Below, one piece after another: positions 8,700 through 17,352 of a stretch of 64,000 nucleotides of DNA. Made by a program: the position numbers and the translations under genes. Each line of letters begins with the position of its first letter. Position 1 is the first letter of the stretch. The stretch is from a virus, in IMG/VR virus record IMGVR_UViG_3300045988_066341; one strand, written 5' to 3'. The notes beneath the pieces were generated by a model. That model ran no database searches and was not told the origin of the DNA. It worked only from the letters and a program-made list of their open reading frames with translations.

Positions 8700-9646
8700 G
8701 AATCCTCCATAAAAGAGCAGACATCAAAATAATTATCAAGAGAGCAGAGGTCAGGAACATATCCCTTCTTCCCGTTCTCTATATCAGAAGCAGCCCTATC
8801 AGCAAAAGCCCTTAGCTCCAATAAGCTTACACCTAAAAACTCTAATGCCGATTTCAAATACTTATACAAGGATGAGATCTTCATTTCTTTAAACCCCTCG
8901 CGAACTAGACGATCATTGAATTTCTTAAAAAGAACCTTGTTATTTCTTCCATCAACCCTATTACCATCATTCTTAAGCCCACCATCAGACTTAACGATCT
9001 TCTTTATACTATTGACTGACTTCATATCAATAATACTGACCATAATCATGACCTTATGATCTACAGCAGCCTTTCTAGCCTTGTTAGCTCTTTCCTTAGA
9101 ACTAACAGAAGGAGTATCTTCATCACCTCCAATATATCTAAATTTAGCCTTGCTTACGAAACATGATGGATATATCTTACGCATATTCCATTTGTAGTTA
9201 TAATCACCAATGGATCTCATAATTGAGAGTTCATTGTCAACAACCAACGAAACCATGCTATAAGCCTTCTCAAAACACTTAAAAGAACCTACATGCTCAT
9301 AAATGAACCGGTATGTCATGCCTAGCTTAAAGTCATTATCAGATATCCTGTTAAACGCAATAGCTCTATCAAAGTTGATGATAATAGCCATGATAATCTT
9401 AAGCCTAAAATAAGGAGGTATATAGATGTTGTTAGGATCAATATCCCTTGGATTAGCCGTGGTATAGTCAGCACCAGCGAAAGTATCTCTACGTTTCTTG
9501 AAATTACGTGGATATATAGGCTGACCTTTAGACAGCTTAATACAAGAGCGTCCCTCAGCTATCTGCTTCTTCTCAGCCTCAGTATATACAGGAAATTCTT
9601 TTATCATAGAAGAACATTTCCTCATGTAATTCAAGTCAAACTTCAT
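8696..9646 (-). CDS. Hypothetical protein with possible C-terminal HTH
   Basis: 316 aa, Lys/Asn-rich. ..KISSLYKYLK.. is HTH-like. TATATTTG motif 22 nt upstream. Weak similarity to 39790..40839. Confidence 0.55.
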   Translation of the reverse strand: MKFDLNYMRKCSSMIKEFPVYTEAEKKQIAEGRSCIKLSKGQPIYPRNFKKRRDTFAGADYTTANPRDIDPNNIYIPPYFRLKIIMAIIINFDRAIAFNRISDNDFKLGMTYRFIYEHVGSFKCFEKAYSMVSLVVDNELSIMRSIGDYNYKWNMRKIYPSCFVSKAKFRYIGGDEDTPSVSSKERANKARKAAVDHKVMIMVSIIDMKSVNSIKKIVKSDGGLKNDGNRVDGRNNKVLFKKFNDRLVREGFKEMKISSLYKYLKSALEFLGVSLLELRAFADRAASDIENGKKGYVPDLCSLDNYFDVCSFMEDS

Positions 9647-9668
9647 ATCACCATTATCTTAAACACTT

Positions 9669-9676
9669 CAAATATA
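9669..9676 (-). promoter_or_regulatory. TATATTTG promoter motif
   Basis: 22 nt upstream of ATG 9646. Confidence 0.45.
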
Positions 9677-10125
9677 CGAAAAAGATATGATTCTTGGAAG
9701 TAAAAACTTAGCTAATTTTACTACATATCAATGATATTATATCAATAATACGGTAAGTGTCTGAAACACAGTTGTCCATTTTGTGACATGTGTATTAAGA
9801 AGCTTCGCTACCCTCTCTAAGAAAATCCATTATAAACTATTCTTGCCTTTAATAACCGCTTATTGTTAATTAATAACTTGACTAATGAATTGATGTTAGC
9901 TAACGCATTTTATTATTCAAAGTATACGACTAAAAATAATTAACTTAAAAACCAGTAGTATATCTGTAAATAAAGATCTTAATAATACCACCCAAAATAC
10001 TTTATGTTTAAATTATCTACATATTTATCACATCTTCTTGTTCGATCTTATTCGCATAATTACTACCTATGTTAAATGTTAATGAATTTATATACTTACT
10101 TCTTTTCTGCGCTAAAGCGTGAAGT

Positions 10126-10230
10126 GCCAAAGGAAATCGGCAGGGTGGATCGTGAGTCGCTCCGCTCCTGGCCGGCCATGGAAGGCAACCACCAGCCCCA
10201 CGCCATGACGCCGCCACCTTGTTCATTGGC
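10126..10230. repeat. GC-rich CCAAGG-capped palindromic element A
   Basis: GCCAAAGGAAATCGG...central GGCCGGCC (10170-10177)...CACCTTGTTCATTGGC. Confidence 0.6.
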
Positions 10231-10373
10231 TTCCAACAAGAGTCACCTAAAAACAATACTTGTCTATACAATTATCTCTACGGTTCCAGAAGTTAAATAA
10301 GAACTATTTGGCTTTAAGGAAAGTTATTAGTTAAAAAGATGGTCGATTAAGTCATCTGGTCAAATAAAATCCT

Positions 10374-10381
10374 TATATTTG
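10374..10381 (+). promoter_or_regulatory. Bacteroidota-type -7 promoter motif (TATATTTG) for tRNA-Cys
   Basis: The TAnnTTTG motif ends 6 nt before the first tRNA base. Confidence 0.5.
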
Positions 10382-10387
10382 CGATAC

Positions 10388-10460
10388 GGTCGGTTGGATG
10401 AGTTGGTTTAGTCGGTGGTCTGCAAAACCATACACCTCGGTTCGAATCCGGGACTGACCT
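10388..10460 (+). tRNA. tRNA-Cys (GCA)
   Basis: Manual fold. Acceptor GGTCGGT/ACTGACC (one G-U). Anticodon stem GTGGT/ACCAT with loop CTGCAAA. T arm CTCGG-TTCGAAT-CCGGG. Weak 3-bp D stem. 73 nt, no encoded CCA. Confidence 0.75.
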
Positions 10461-10521
10461 CGCATTTGCAATCCTTTCTGGGGTGATAACCCACAGGTGT
10501 ATAAGGCGCCTTGTACACCTG

Positions 10522-11034
10522 TTATTTTATCAATCCTAATCTTTTCAATAATACGAACAATACAACTAGTATACCTAAGATCGAGATAAAGATAATAGCT
10601 GTAGGCCACTTTGACTCATCCTTATCATCCACATCCTTAGATTTGATATCTATCTTATTATCCATATTCTTTATATCATTCCTCGTCTTATCAATACCAA
10701 GGGAGTCGGCTGTCACGGTGCTATCACGCCGGCCAATGACGATATGGGTATCTGTCTGCGAGGACACCGGTCGCTCCCCCGTGGCAGGATCAACATCCTT
10801 GTCCGTATCGAACTTCCTCTCCGTTATAATAATATCGGCATTAAGGTCAGAGGTCTTTATCTCCACCATCTTGCGGTCTATAACTTCGTTTATCATCGTC
10901 TCTATCCTGCTTATCAGCCGGCTATCAATAGACGCCTCGCTAACCTGCCTCCTGCTTCCACAAGAGGACAGGAATAGTGACAGACCTAAACAAACAATCG
11001 CCCTAAGACTTATCCTTAACCTCATCATCGGCAA
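10522..11034 (-). CDS. Unimolecular-spanin-like lipoprotein (N-terminal lipobox plus C-terminal TM helix)
   Basis: Signal peptide ending LFLSSC (lipobox) and C-terminal hydrophobic helix WPTAIIFISILGILVVLFVLL. It is the last gene of the lysis cassette. Confidence 0.55.
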   Translation of the reverse strand: MPMMRLRISLRAIVCLGLSLFLSSCGSRRQVSEASIDSRLISRIETMINEVIDRKMVEIKTSDLNADIIITERKFDTDKDVDPATGERPVSSQTDTHIVIGRRDSTVTADSLGIDKTRNDIKNMDNKIDIKSKDVDDKDESKWPTAIIFISILGILVVLFVLLKRLGLIK

Positions 11035-11566
11035 TTTTCTTTATATCGTCAAACGTCTCATCAGGTATGTTCTTGGAAAAACTAAACATCTTGAATACGT
11101 TTATCCTCTTAAACACGGCCTTGAATACCTTCACCAAATAAGCGTCAGAGAAAGCATCCCCTATCGTATTCAAGAAAAGCATCACATATCCAACAAGGGC
11201 TATATACACCCCATATTTGGTAACGGTAAGTATCATGCTAGCCTCCTCCTCGATCGGGTATAACGTCTTATATATAACACATAATGTCATTACTATAAAA
11301 CAAGACAAAGCGAACTCCTTAAGAATATCAGTAAACCTGACCTCCCTAAACCATCTCTTAAAACTAAACCTTCTTCTACGACTCCGTCGGAGCTTCCAGC
11401 CCCTTATGCTTTGCGCTAACCTAGCTAAAAAATTAGCTATTAATACTATAAGTAATACAATTAATAAATGGTGTACCGGCTGGAAATAAGCCCAACAAGA
11501 GGCACCATACGCAAGCGCAATATTCCACAAAGCCCCTACTCGCTCTATCATGTCTTTGTCTTTCAT
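11003..11566 (-). CDS. Holin-like multi-pass membrane protein
   Basis: About 4 hydrophobic helices. Lies between the endolysin and the spanin-like gene. Start moved to ATG 11566 because the TAACTTTG motif at 11582-11589 lies inside the longer ORF. Confidence 0.5.
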   Translation of the reverse strand: MKDKDMIERVGALWNIALAYGASCWAYFQPVHHLLIVLLIVLIANFLARLAQSIRGWKLRRSRRRRFSFKRWFREVRFTDILKEFALSCFIVMTLCVIYKTLYPIEEEASMILTVTKYGVYIALVGYVMLFLNTIGDAFSDAYLVKVFKAVFKRINVFKMFSFSKNIPDETFDDIKKIADDEVKDKS

Positions 11567-11581
11567 TTTATACCCTACTCG

Positions 11582-11589
11582 CAAAGTTA
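11582..11589 (-). promoter_or_regulatory. TAACTTTG promoter motif
   Basis: 15 nt upstream of ATG 11566. Confidence 0.4.
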
Positions 11590-11609
11590 ACTACTATACC
11601 ATTAAGTAC

Positions 11610-12059
11610 CTAAAACACCACGGCGTGTATACCATTCCTCGTATCAAGGCTGTCAAAATGCAACCAATTCACCTTCCCTTCAAGCCGGAAAGGATATGGC
11701 AACATATCTTGATGATCCAAAATCAAGCCTCTAGCCTGTTCCGCCGTCATTGACTTGACATCGAAATCCCCAGCCTTACCCAACACATGAGCGGATAGAT
11801 AAACATCTTTCTTATCCTTGACTATCTGGCAGATGTTGCATCTAAGACCACGTTGGGAAAACTGCCCCTGCTTGTCCCAATTATTACAATACATAGGCTG
11901 TTTGATTATATCCCTCCGTAATATAAGAAGATTATGGAGAAAAGCAGTATCAAGAAACTGCCACGATCTGTCCTTCCACTTATTGTATGTATGAGGACAC
12001 ACCAATTCCACTATATCAAAATACGAACCTAGTTCTTTTATAATATCATTTCTATTCAT
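11610..12059 (-). CDS. Endolysin, zinc peptidase M15 / DD- or LD-carboxypeptidase fold
   Basis: 149 aa from MNRND. SAHVLGKAGDFD (H-x6-D) and a later ..WLHFD.. His fit the M15 zinc site. The track ORF 11610..12494 was trimmed because its first 145 codons overlap 12064..12747. Confidence 0.75.
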   Translation of the reverse strand: MNRNDIIKELGSYFDIVELVCPHTYNKWKDRSWQFLDTAFLHNLLILRRDIIKQPMYCNNWDKQGQFSQRGLRCNICQIVKDKKDVYLSAHVLGKAGDFDVKSMTAEQARGLILDHQDMLPYPFRLEGKVNWLHFDSLDTRNGIHAVVF

Positions 12060-12063
12060 ATTA

Positions 12064-12747
12064 TCAATTTTTAAAGTAATGCAAAATAATAATACCACGA
12101 TAACCTGATCCTCCTCGACCGCTCGTAGCTCCACTATTAGACGCTTTAGAGGCTCCTCCTCCACCACCTCCATAATAAGTGGCATCATCTCCATTTTTGC
12201 CATTAATAGTAACACCCTTAATATCCTCGACCCCAGCTCCATCACCTCCTCCGTGATTTCCGCCTTTCCCTCCGGATAAAAAGCCCATATTCCATCCTCT
12301 TGTATAAGCTCCCGATCCACCACCAGCTCCCATAGGGTAAGGATAACGATCAGGATACTTATTATTAAAAACATATGATCCATCTTGCCCTGGATTTCCC
12401 GGGGAAGGATCATGACCATCCCCTTCAACTCCATATCCGCCTCTTCCACCTTTACCGGCAATAGCCTGATATATACCGAATATACTATCACCACCTATAT
12501 CTCCTACAACCACCCTATATGTAACACCTGGATTTACGGGTATAGTCCCAGTTAGTACACCACCTCCGTTACCACCACTCCCGGCATTATATATATCGGA
12601 ATATCCTCCATTAAGACCTCCGGCGACCAACGCGAACTCAACCTCATAGACCCCATCAGGAACCGCCCAATATCCATTATCCTGAGGAGATAATTCCTCG
12701 AATACCTCTATTACCTTCCTTTTGGGTAACATCCTTCTTCTCATCAT
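12064..12747 (-). CDS. Glycine-rich fibre-tip-like protein with MMRRRM N-terminus
   Basis: 227 aa with long GGxGG tracts. Shares the M-x-R-R-R start and the upstream T-G9-TAAAAT motif with the 52-55 kb genes. Confidence 0.65.
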   Translation of the reverse strand: MMRRRMLPKRKVIEVFEELSPQDNGYWAVPDGVYEVEFALVAGGLNGGYSDIYNAGSGGNGGGVLTGTIPVNPGVTYRVVVGDIGGDSIFGIYQAIAGKGGRGGYGVEGDGHDPSPGNPGQDGSYVFNNKYPDRYPYPMGAGGGSGAYTRGWNMGFLSGGKGGNHGGGDGAGVEDIKGVTINGKNGDDATYYGGGGGGASKASNSGATSGRGGSGYRGIIILHYFKN

Positions 12748-12759
12748 AAGGCAAATAGG

Positions 12760-12775
12760 ATTTTACCCCCCCCCA
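12760..12775 (-). promoter_or_regulatory. T-G9-TAAAAT motif upstream of 12064..12747
   Basis: C9 run at 12766-12774 on the plus strand, 18 nt before the ATG. Confidence 0.5.
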
Positions 12776-12806
12776 ATTTAGTTTTAAAATACTGATATTC
12801 ATAATA

Positions 12807-14183
12807 TTATTCTGGTTTAATCGTCCATCTCTGGGCGTAGTTATTTTTTAGCACATATATCTTCTCCATAGGTGTAGCGGGAGACCCGTTGGACGAGCCT
12901 TTCACGAATCCCTCTGGGGCCTGCTCCGTGCCGGAAGGACGCTGGTTTTCGGTTGGATAAGCAGCAACATACATGCTTACCGAAAGACTATAGAACTGGT
13001 TCCTCTTCCCATCCTTAGCCACGGATGTCATAGTAATCTGATCCCATCCTACAACAAGGTCGTAGAAAGAGTTCACGAAATCATCTGATCTTTTTTGGCT
13101 ATGAGTGGATGCATTCACGTTAAACCATGTAATAGCCCTCATCTCATAAATATAATCCGGAAGCTTGTCCATTCTAAGACTATTGCTATGAGCTGCAATG
13201 AAACTAGTAAGATGTTCCAATCCCCTTCCAGACATATTATCATCATTCCAATTCGTCCTCCTTTCTCCATTCACCCAGTCATCTAAAAAAGCAAATACCT
13301 CAATACTTGTATTTATCTTATCTACCTCAAAAGAAGGAATGATATTTATATCAAAATAATTCCACATATCAGAAGGACCGGGAGCTATATTCAACGAAGT
13401 TAATTTAGGAAGATCATTAAACTCCTTTATATACCTATCCAAATAGCATGAACTTAAATTAAGAGTCTCAATTTTCTTCATGTTTTTTATATTCCTTACG
13501 CCACTCGCTTCTATATCCCTAAGATCAAGCATATTAAACATATTTAAATAATATACCTCTGTCTTACTGGTTATAGCCTCAGGCATTACAGTCATTCTTT
13601 GCCCTACATTTTGAAGATCAATATAAGTTAGCTTTTTGGATCTTGACAACTTGTCTACAGGTATACCGTCATTAACATACAGCGTATGGGATACGACCAA
13701 AAATTCAAGACCTGGAATATCTACGATCAGGAAAGCCGTCATCTTACAAATTTGAATATTGGCATAATAAATATCACAAGTAAAATCTATCGACACAGCC
13801 CGTTGTACGTCCCTCCTTCCATCAGCGTAAAGATGATTATCCACGGGTACGTATTGCGATCCATCCTCCTTCCTGAACCACCACGTAGTATTGGGATTTT
13901 TCCTGTGTTGTATTGCCAAAGAACGGAATATGATACAATATTTATCCTGCCCTTGTACCTTGGTCATAGGAAACTGTTCCTTTATTCCATCCCCCCAATC
14001 CACATTAGCCATACCGGGCTTTCTGGATATAAACTCAACATACGTATTAAAAGGATTACCAACGACAGGATCGGGTACATAATTATAATCATCGGTATAA
14101 TAATTTCTAAGTGCCCTATCCCATGTGGTGAACCACACGAACTTGTTGGATGATGCCTCATATTTATATAATGTCTTAGCCAT
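12807..14183 (-). CDS. LRR-containing putative receptor-binding protein, paralog 3 of 3
   Basis: 458 aa. Conserved N-terminal (..VDWGDGIKEQFP..WWFRKEDGSQYVPV..) and C-terminal (..KDGKRNQFY..RPSG..APEGFVKG.SNG.P.TPME..YVL.NNY) blocks flank Leu-rich repeats (LTYIDLQNV, IETLNLSSC, LTSLNIA). Confidence 0.7.
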   Translation of the reverse strand: MAKTLYKYEASSNKFVWFTTWDRALRNYYTDDYNYVPDPVVGNPFNTYVEFISRKPGMANVDWGDGIKEQFPMTKVQGQDKYCIIFRSLAIQHRKNPNTTWWFRKEDGSQYVPVDNHLYADGRRDVQRAVSIDFTCDIYYANIQICKMTAFLIVDIPGLEFLVVSHTLYVNDGIPVDKLSRSKKLTYIDLQNVGQRMTVMPEAITSKTEVYYLNMFNMLDLRDIEASGVRNIKNMKKIETLNLSSCYLDRYIKEFNDLPKLTSLNIAPGPSDMWNYFDINIIPSFEVDKINTSIEVFAFLDDWVNGERRTNWNDDNMSGRGLEHLTSFIAAHSNSLRMDKLPDYIYEMRAITWFNVNASTHSQKRSDDFVNSFYDLVVGWDQITMTSVAKDGKRNQFYSLSVSMYVAAYPTENQRPSGTEQAPEGFVKGSSNGSPATPMEKIYVLKNNYAQRWTIKPE

Positions 14184-15786
14184 TACCTATCTTGTTAAAA
14201 TATTCTACAATAACATTCCTATCCAATCCCATAGAATCACATAAATACTCTCCTTCTGGTTGGCCCCCAAACGATAATACCTTATCCGTATCATGAGCTA
14301 AAACATCTCCATTGCCTACAAAGGTACGCCCATCATCAAATACGATAAGCTTATATGGCTTATATGACCTCGTGTCAATATCAGAAGATCGTATTGACCT
14401 TAACACCGAAGCCTCTGGTGCCATACTAAACCTCCATCCATAATTATTCATAAGCACATAAACCATCTCCATAGGAGTCGATGGAGAGCCATTAGACTGA
14501 CCCTTTATAAAACCAGAGGGAGCCTGTAATACGCCACTAGGTCTTTTATCATCAGGATTGGAAGCTAAATACATACTTAGATACAATCCATAAAACTGAT
14601 TTCTTTTGCCATCGGAAGCAGAGGAAGACATAGTGAGATAATCAAACCCCATCACCCTCTCATATAATGTCGATATAAACGTATCACATCGAACTTGGGT
14701 TGACAAGTTGCGATACATATAAAAGCTATTCATAGACCTCATCTCATATATATAATCCGGGAGATTACTTACATCTATATTACTATAACTGAATGAAGCG
14801 TCGATACGCTCAATGTTTCCCAATCCCTTACCGCTCATATACGGATGCCAACTCACGACAGGTCCATACCATCTATTTATATGATCGAAAATCTTTAAAC
14901 TAGAATTTATCTTATCCACCTCATCCATAGCCGGGCATGTGTTAGGATCAAACGATGATGTGGCATAACCAGGACTTAAATACAATTCTTTTAAATTATT
15001 GAATGATAACCATTCCTTAGGATATAGCCTTACTCTTCCACCAGCTAAATGCAATATCTCCAAATTAGGCCACATGGAAGGGAATTTTCTTATATTGGAA
15101 GCTTCGGTATCACTAAAGTCAATAGAATTGTCCAAAATCAGACCTTTCAATTTAGTTAGTCTATTCCAATCCTCCGGGATGGACTTCAACGTACCCACAC
15201 CAAACTCACTTAATTTTATACGCTCTATATTTACCGATCTCATTATCCTACCCTTTGGTATATATGGTACGATCCCAGGAATACTTATAATCAGATGGGC
15301 AAGGCCAGGCATATCAAGTATAGGGAATCCTGTCATCATTATCCTTGCTGTTTGTACAAATGTAATATCATTCGTAAAAGTCATGGCCACGACCCGCTCT
15401 TTATCCAGCCCATCAGCATAAGCATGATTAGGCACGGGGATATACTCACTCCCGTCATCCTTATAAAACCACCATGGATGGCTATCCGGATTCTTACGAT
15501 AACTTATATCCCTTCTCCTGAACATCAACCTATATTGACCATATATAGATCCACTCCTAGCCTTTACAAAAGGGAATTGTTCTTTACTCCCATCTCCCCA
15601 ATCGACCTCGCACATGCCGGGGGTCTTGGAATAAAACTCTATACTCTCATTATAATTATTACCATCCAATATAGGATCAGGCACATCATCAGTAGTATCA
15701 TTCCTGTTAACTCCCCTAAAAGCGTATTTACCCTTAGTTAAAAAGGTTATAGACCCTTTATTCGTATCCTTACATATCAGCCTCAT
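14176..15786 (-). CDS. LRR-containing putative receptor-binding protein, paralog 2 of 3
   Basis: 536 aa. Same N- and C-terminal blocks with a divergent LRR middle, plus a ~65-aa C-terminal extension shared with paralog 1. Confidence 0.7.
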   Translation of the reverse strand: MRLICKDTNKGSITFLTKGKYAFRGVNRNDTTDDVPDPILDGNNYNESIEFYSKTPGMCEVDWGDGSKEQFPFVKARSGSIYGQYRLMFRRRDISYRKNPDSHPWWFYKDDGSEYIPVPNHAYADGLDKERVVAMTFTNDITFVQTARIMMTGFPILDMPGLAHLIISIPGIVPYIPKGRIMRSVNIERIKLSEFGVGTLKSIPEDWNRLTKLKGLILDNSIDFSDTEASNIRKFPSMWPNLEILHLAGGRVRLYPKEWLSFNNLKELYLSPGYATSSFDPNTCPAMDEVDKINSSLKIFDHINRWYGPVVSWHPYMSGKGLGNIERIDASFSYSNIDVSNLPDYIYEMRSMNSFYMYRNLSTQVRCDTFISTLYERVMGFDYLTMSSSASDGKRNQFYGLYLSMYLASNPDDKRPSGVLQAPSGFIKGQSNGSPSTPMEMVYVLMNNYGWRFSMAPEASVLRSIRSSDIDTRSYKPYKLIVFDDGRTFVGNGDVLAHDTDKVLSFGGQPEGEYLCDSMGLDRNVIVEYFNKIGNG

Positions 15787-17348
15787 ACCTCTCCCTCCTC
15801 TATTCTCCTGAAATACTCGACAACCGGTGAACCGTCCAATCCCAGATCGTTACAGATATCTATAGCCTCGTATTTGTCAGCGAAATTATACTTACTCATA
15901 TTATCATCCAATACATCTCCGCTGAACACGGATACATGGCCGTCCTTTACGCCAAGGACGAACGGGGTAATCCTAGACTTCCCAGCCCGCCGTGCCCTCG
16001 TAAGGGCGGCCTTGGAAGCCGGGGCAGGTGCCAAGATCCACGTCTGCCCGTAGTTGTTGGTAAGCACATACACCTTCTCCATAGGCGTCGTAGGATTACC
16101 ATTACTAACCCCCTTGACAAACCCCTCAGGGGCTTGATAAACGCCAGATGGTCTCTTGTTGGTAGGAGCTGCGGAAGTATATAAATCTAAGGTAAGTTTA
16201 TAAAACTGATTCCTATTACCGTCAGAAGCCGTCTGTGACATCGTTATATAACTCCACGACATTATCTTATCATAAAATGTATTTACGAATGTATCAGCCC
16301 TCTCCTGCGTATTTATAAATGTACCACCATTACACAAAGTCCATATCCTAAATTCCCTTACCTCATACAACCAATCTGGGAGATCGTCTACCGGTACCGT
16401 GCCTGAACAACAATACGTGCCCTGAATCTTATTCAACTTACCTCCTACCAGATCTTGTTTCCATGAGCTACCACTACCCATAAAAGTAACGCCTGTCTTA
16501 TCATCTCCAACCTTATCCACCTCATCAAATACAGGTATATTATTCCTATTGCTTATAATGCTTATACCTTTTGCCGGAATAGAATTAAAAGCCGGATCAT
16601 AAGAAGGAATGTTACACCAGTTGAAGTTAAATTCAGTAAGATTCTTCCATTCAGAGAATCTTCTCCAATTAGAATCAGGATTATCAGCGAAATTAAAAAC
16701 ACTGTTACATCCGAAATACCTCAGATTTTTCATATTTAAAAAACCTTCCGGCCAATTGTCCCAAACACCAGGATGAGAAAAAGACCCCATCTGTATATTA
16801 CGAAGATTAACGCTCTTACTTATCCTGTCATATGGGATATCTCCATTTTTTAAAACGGACCTGACCATAGCCAAATAAGTTATATTAGGTAGATTAACTA
16901 CAGGAAACTTATGGAGGACAATACCATCCATATTGAACTCCCTATCGATTACGTTAGAGAACCTCATCGTAACCTCCCTACGCCTGATATCGCTATACTT
17001 ATGTGGAGAAACCGGTATATACTGAGATCCATCCTCCTTCCTATACCACCATGTAGTATCGTCAGGATTCTTTTTGTACTCAATATCTAAAGACCTGAAT
17101 ACTATCCTATAACTACCGTCAGATATCTTGACAAAAGGGTATTGATCCTTTGTCCCATCACCCCAATCGACGTCCACGAATCCTGGATTGTTTGCCGAGA
17201 ACCTGAGATTACGATTAAAAGCACCATAATCTACTATCGGATCAGGCACATAATCAGCATCCTTCCCATCATAACAAGGGAACCTGTCCTCATTCACTAT
17301 AAACGTCACCGAGGACAAGACCGTATCATATCCCACTAAAAAAGCCAT
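15783..17348 (-). CDS. LRR-containing putative receptor-binding protein, paralog 1 of 3
   Basis: 521 aa. Same architecture; ATGA overlap with paralog 2. Confidence 0.7.
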   Translation of the reverse strand: MAFLVGYDTVLSSVTFIVNEDRFPCYDGKDADYVPDPIVDYGAFNRNLRFSANNPGFVDVDWGDGTKDQYPFVKISDGSYRIVFRSLDIEYKKNPDDTTWWYRKEDGSQYIPVSPHKYSDIRRREVTMRFSNVIDREFNMDGIVLHKFPVVNLPNITYLAMVRSVLKNGDIPYDRISKSVNLRNIQMGSFSHPGVWDNWPEGFLNMKNLRYFGCNSVFNFADNPDSNWRRFSEWKNLTEFNFNWCNIPSYDPAFNSIPAKGISIISNRNNIPVFDEVDKVGDDKTGVTFMGSGSSWKQDLVGGKLNKIQGTYCCSGTVPVDDLPDWLYEVREFRIWTLCNGGTFINTQERADTFVNTFYDKIMSWSYITMSQTASDGNRNQFYKLTLDLYTSAAPTNKRPSGVYQAPEGFVKGVSNGNPTTPMEKVYVLTNNYGQTWILAPAPASKAALTRARRAGKSRITPFVLGVKDGHVSVFSGDVLDDNMSKYNFADKYEAIDICNDLGLDGSPVVEYFRRIEEGEV

Positions 17349-17352
17349 ACCA

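Noticed and set aside
12060-12494. The 5' 435 nt of track ORF 11610..12494
   Set aside because: It overlaps the Gly-rich gene 12064..12747 in another frame and its translation is junk-like. The peptidase domain starts at ATG 12059, directly after that gene's stop.
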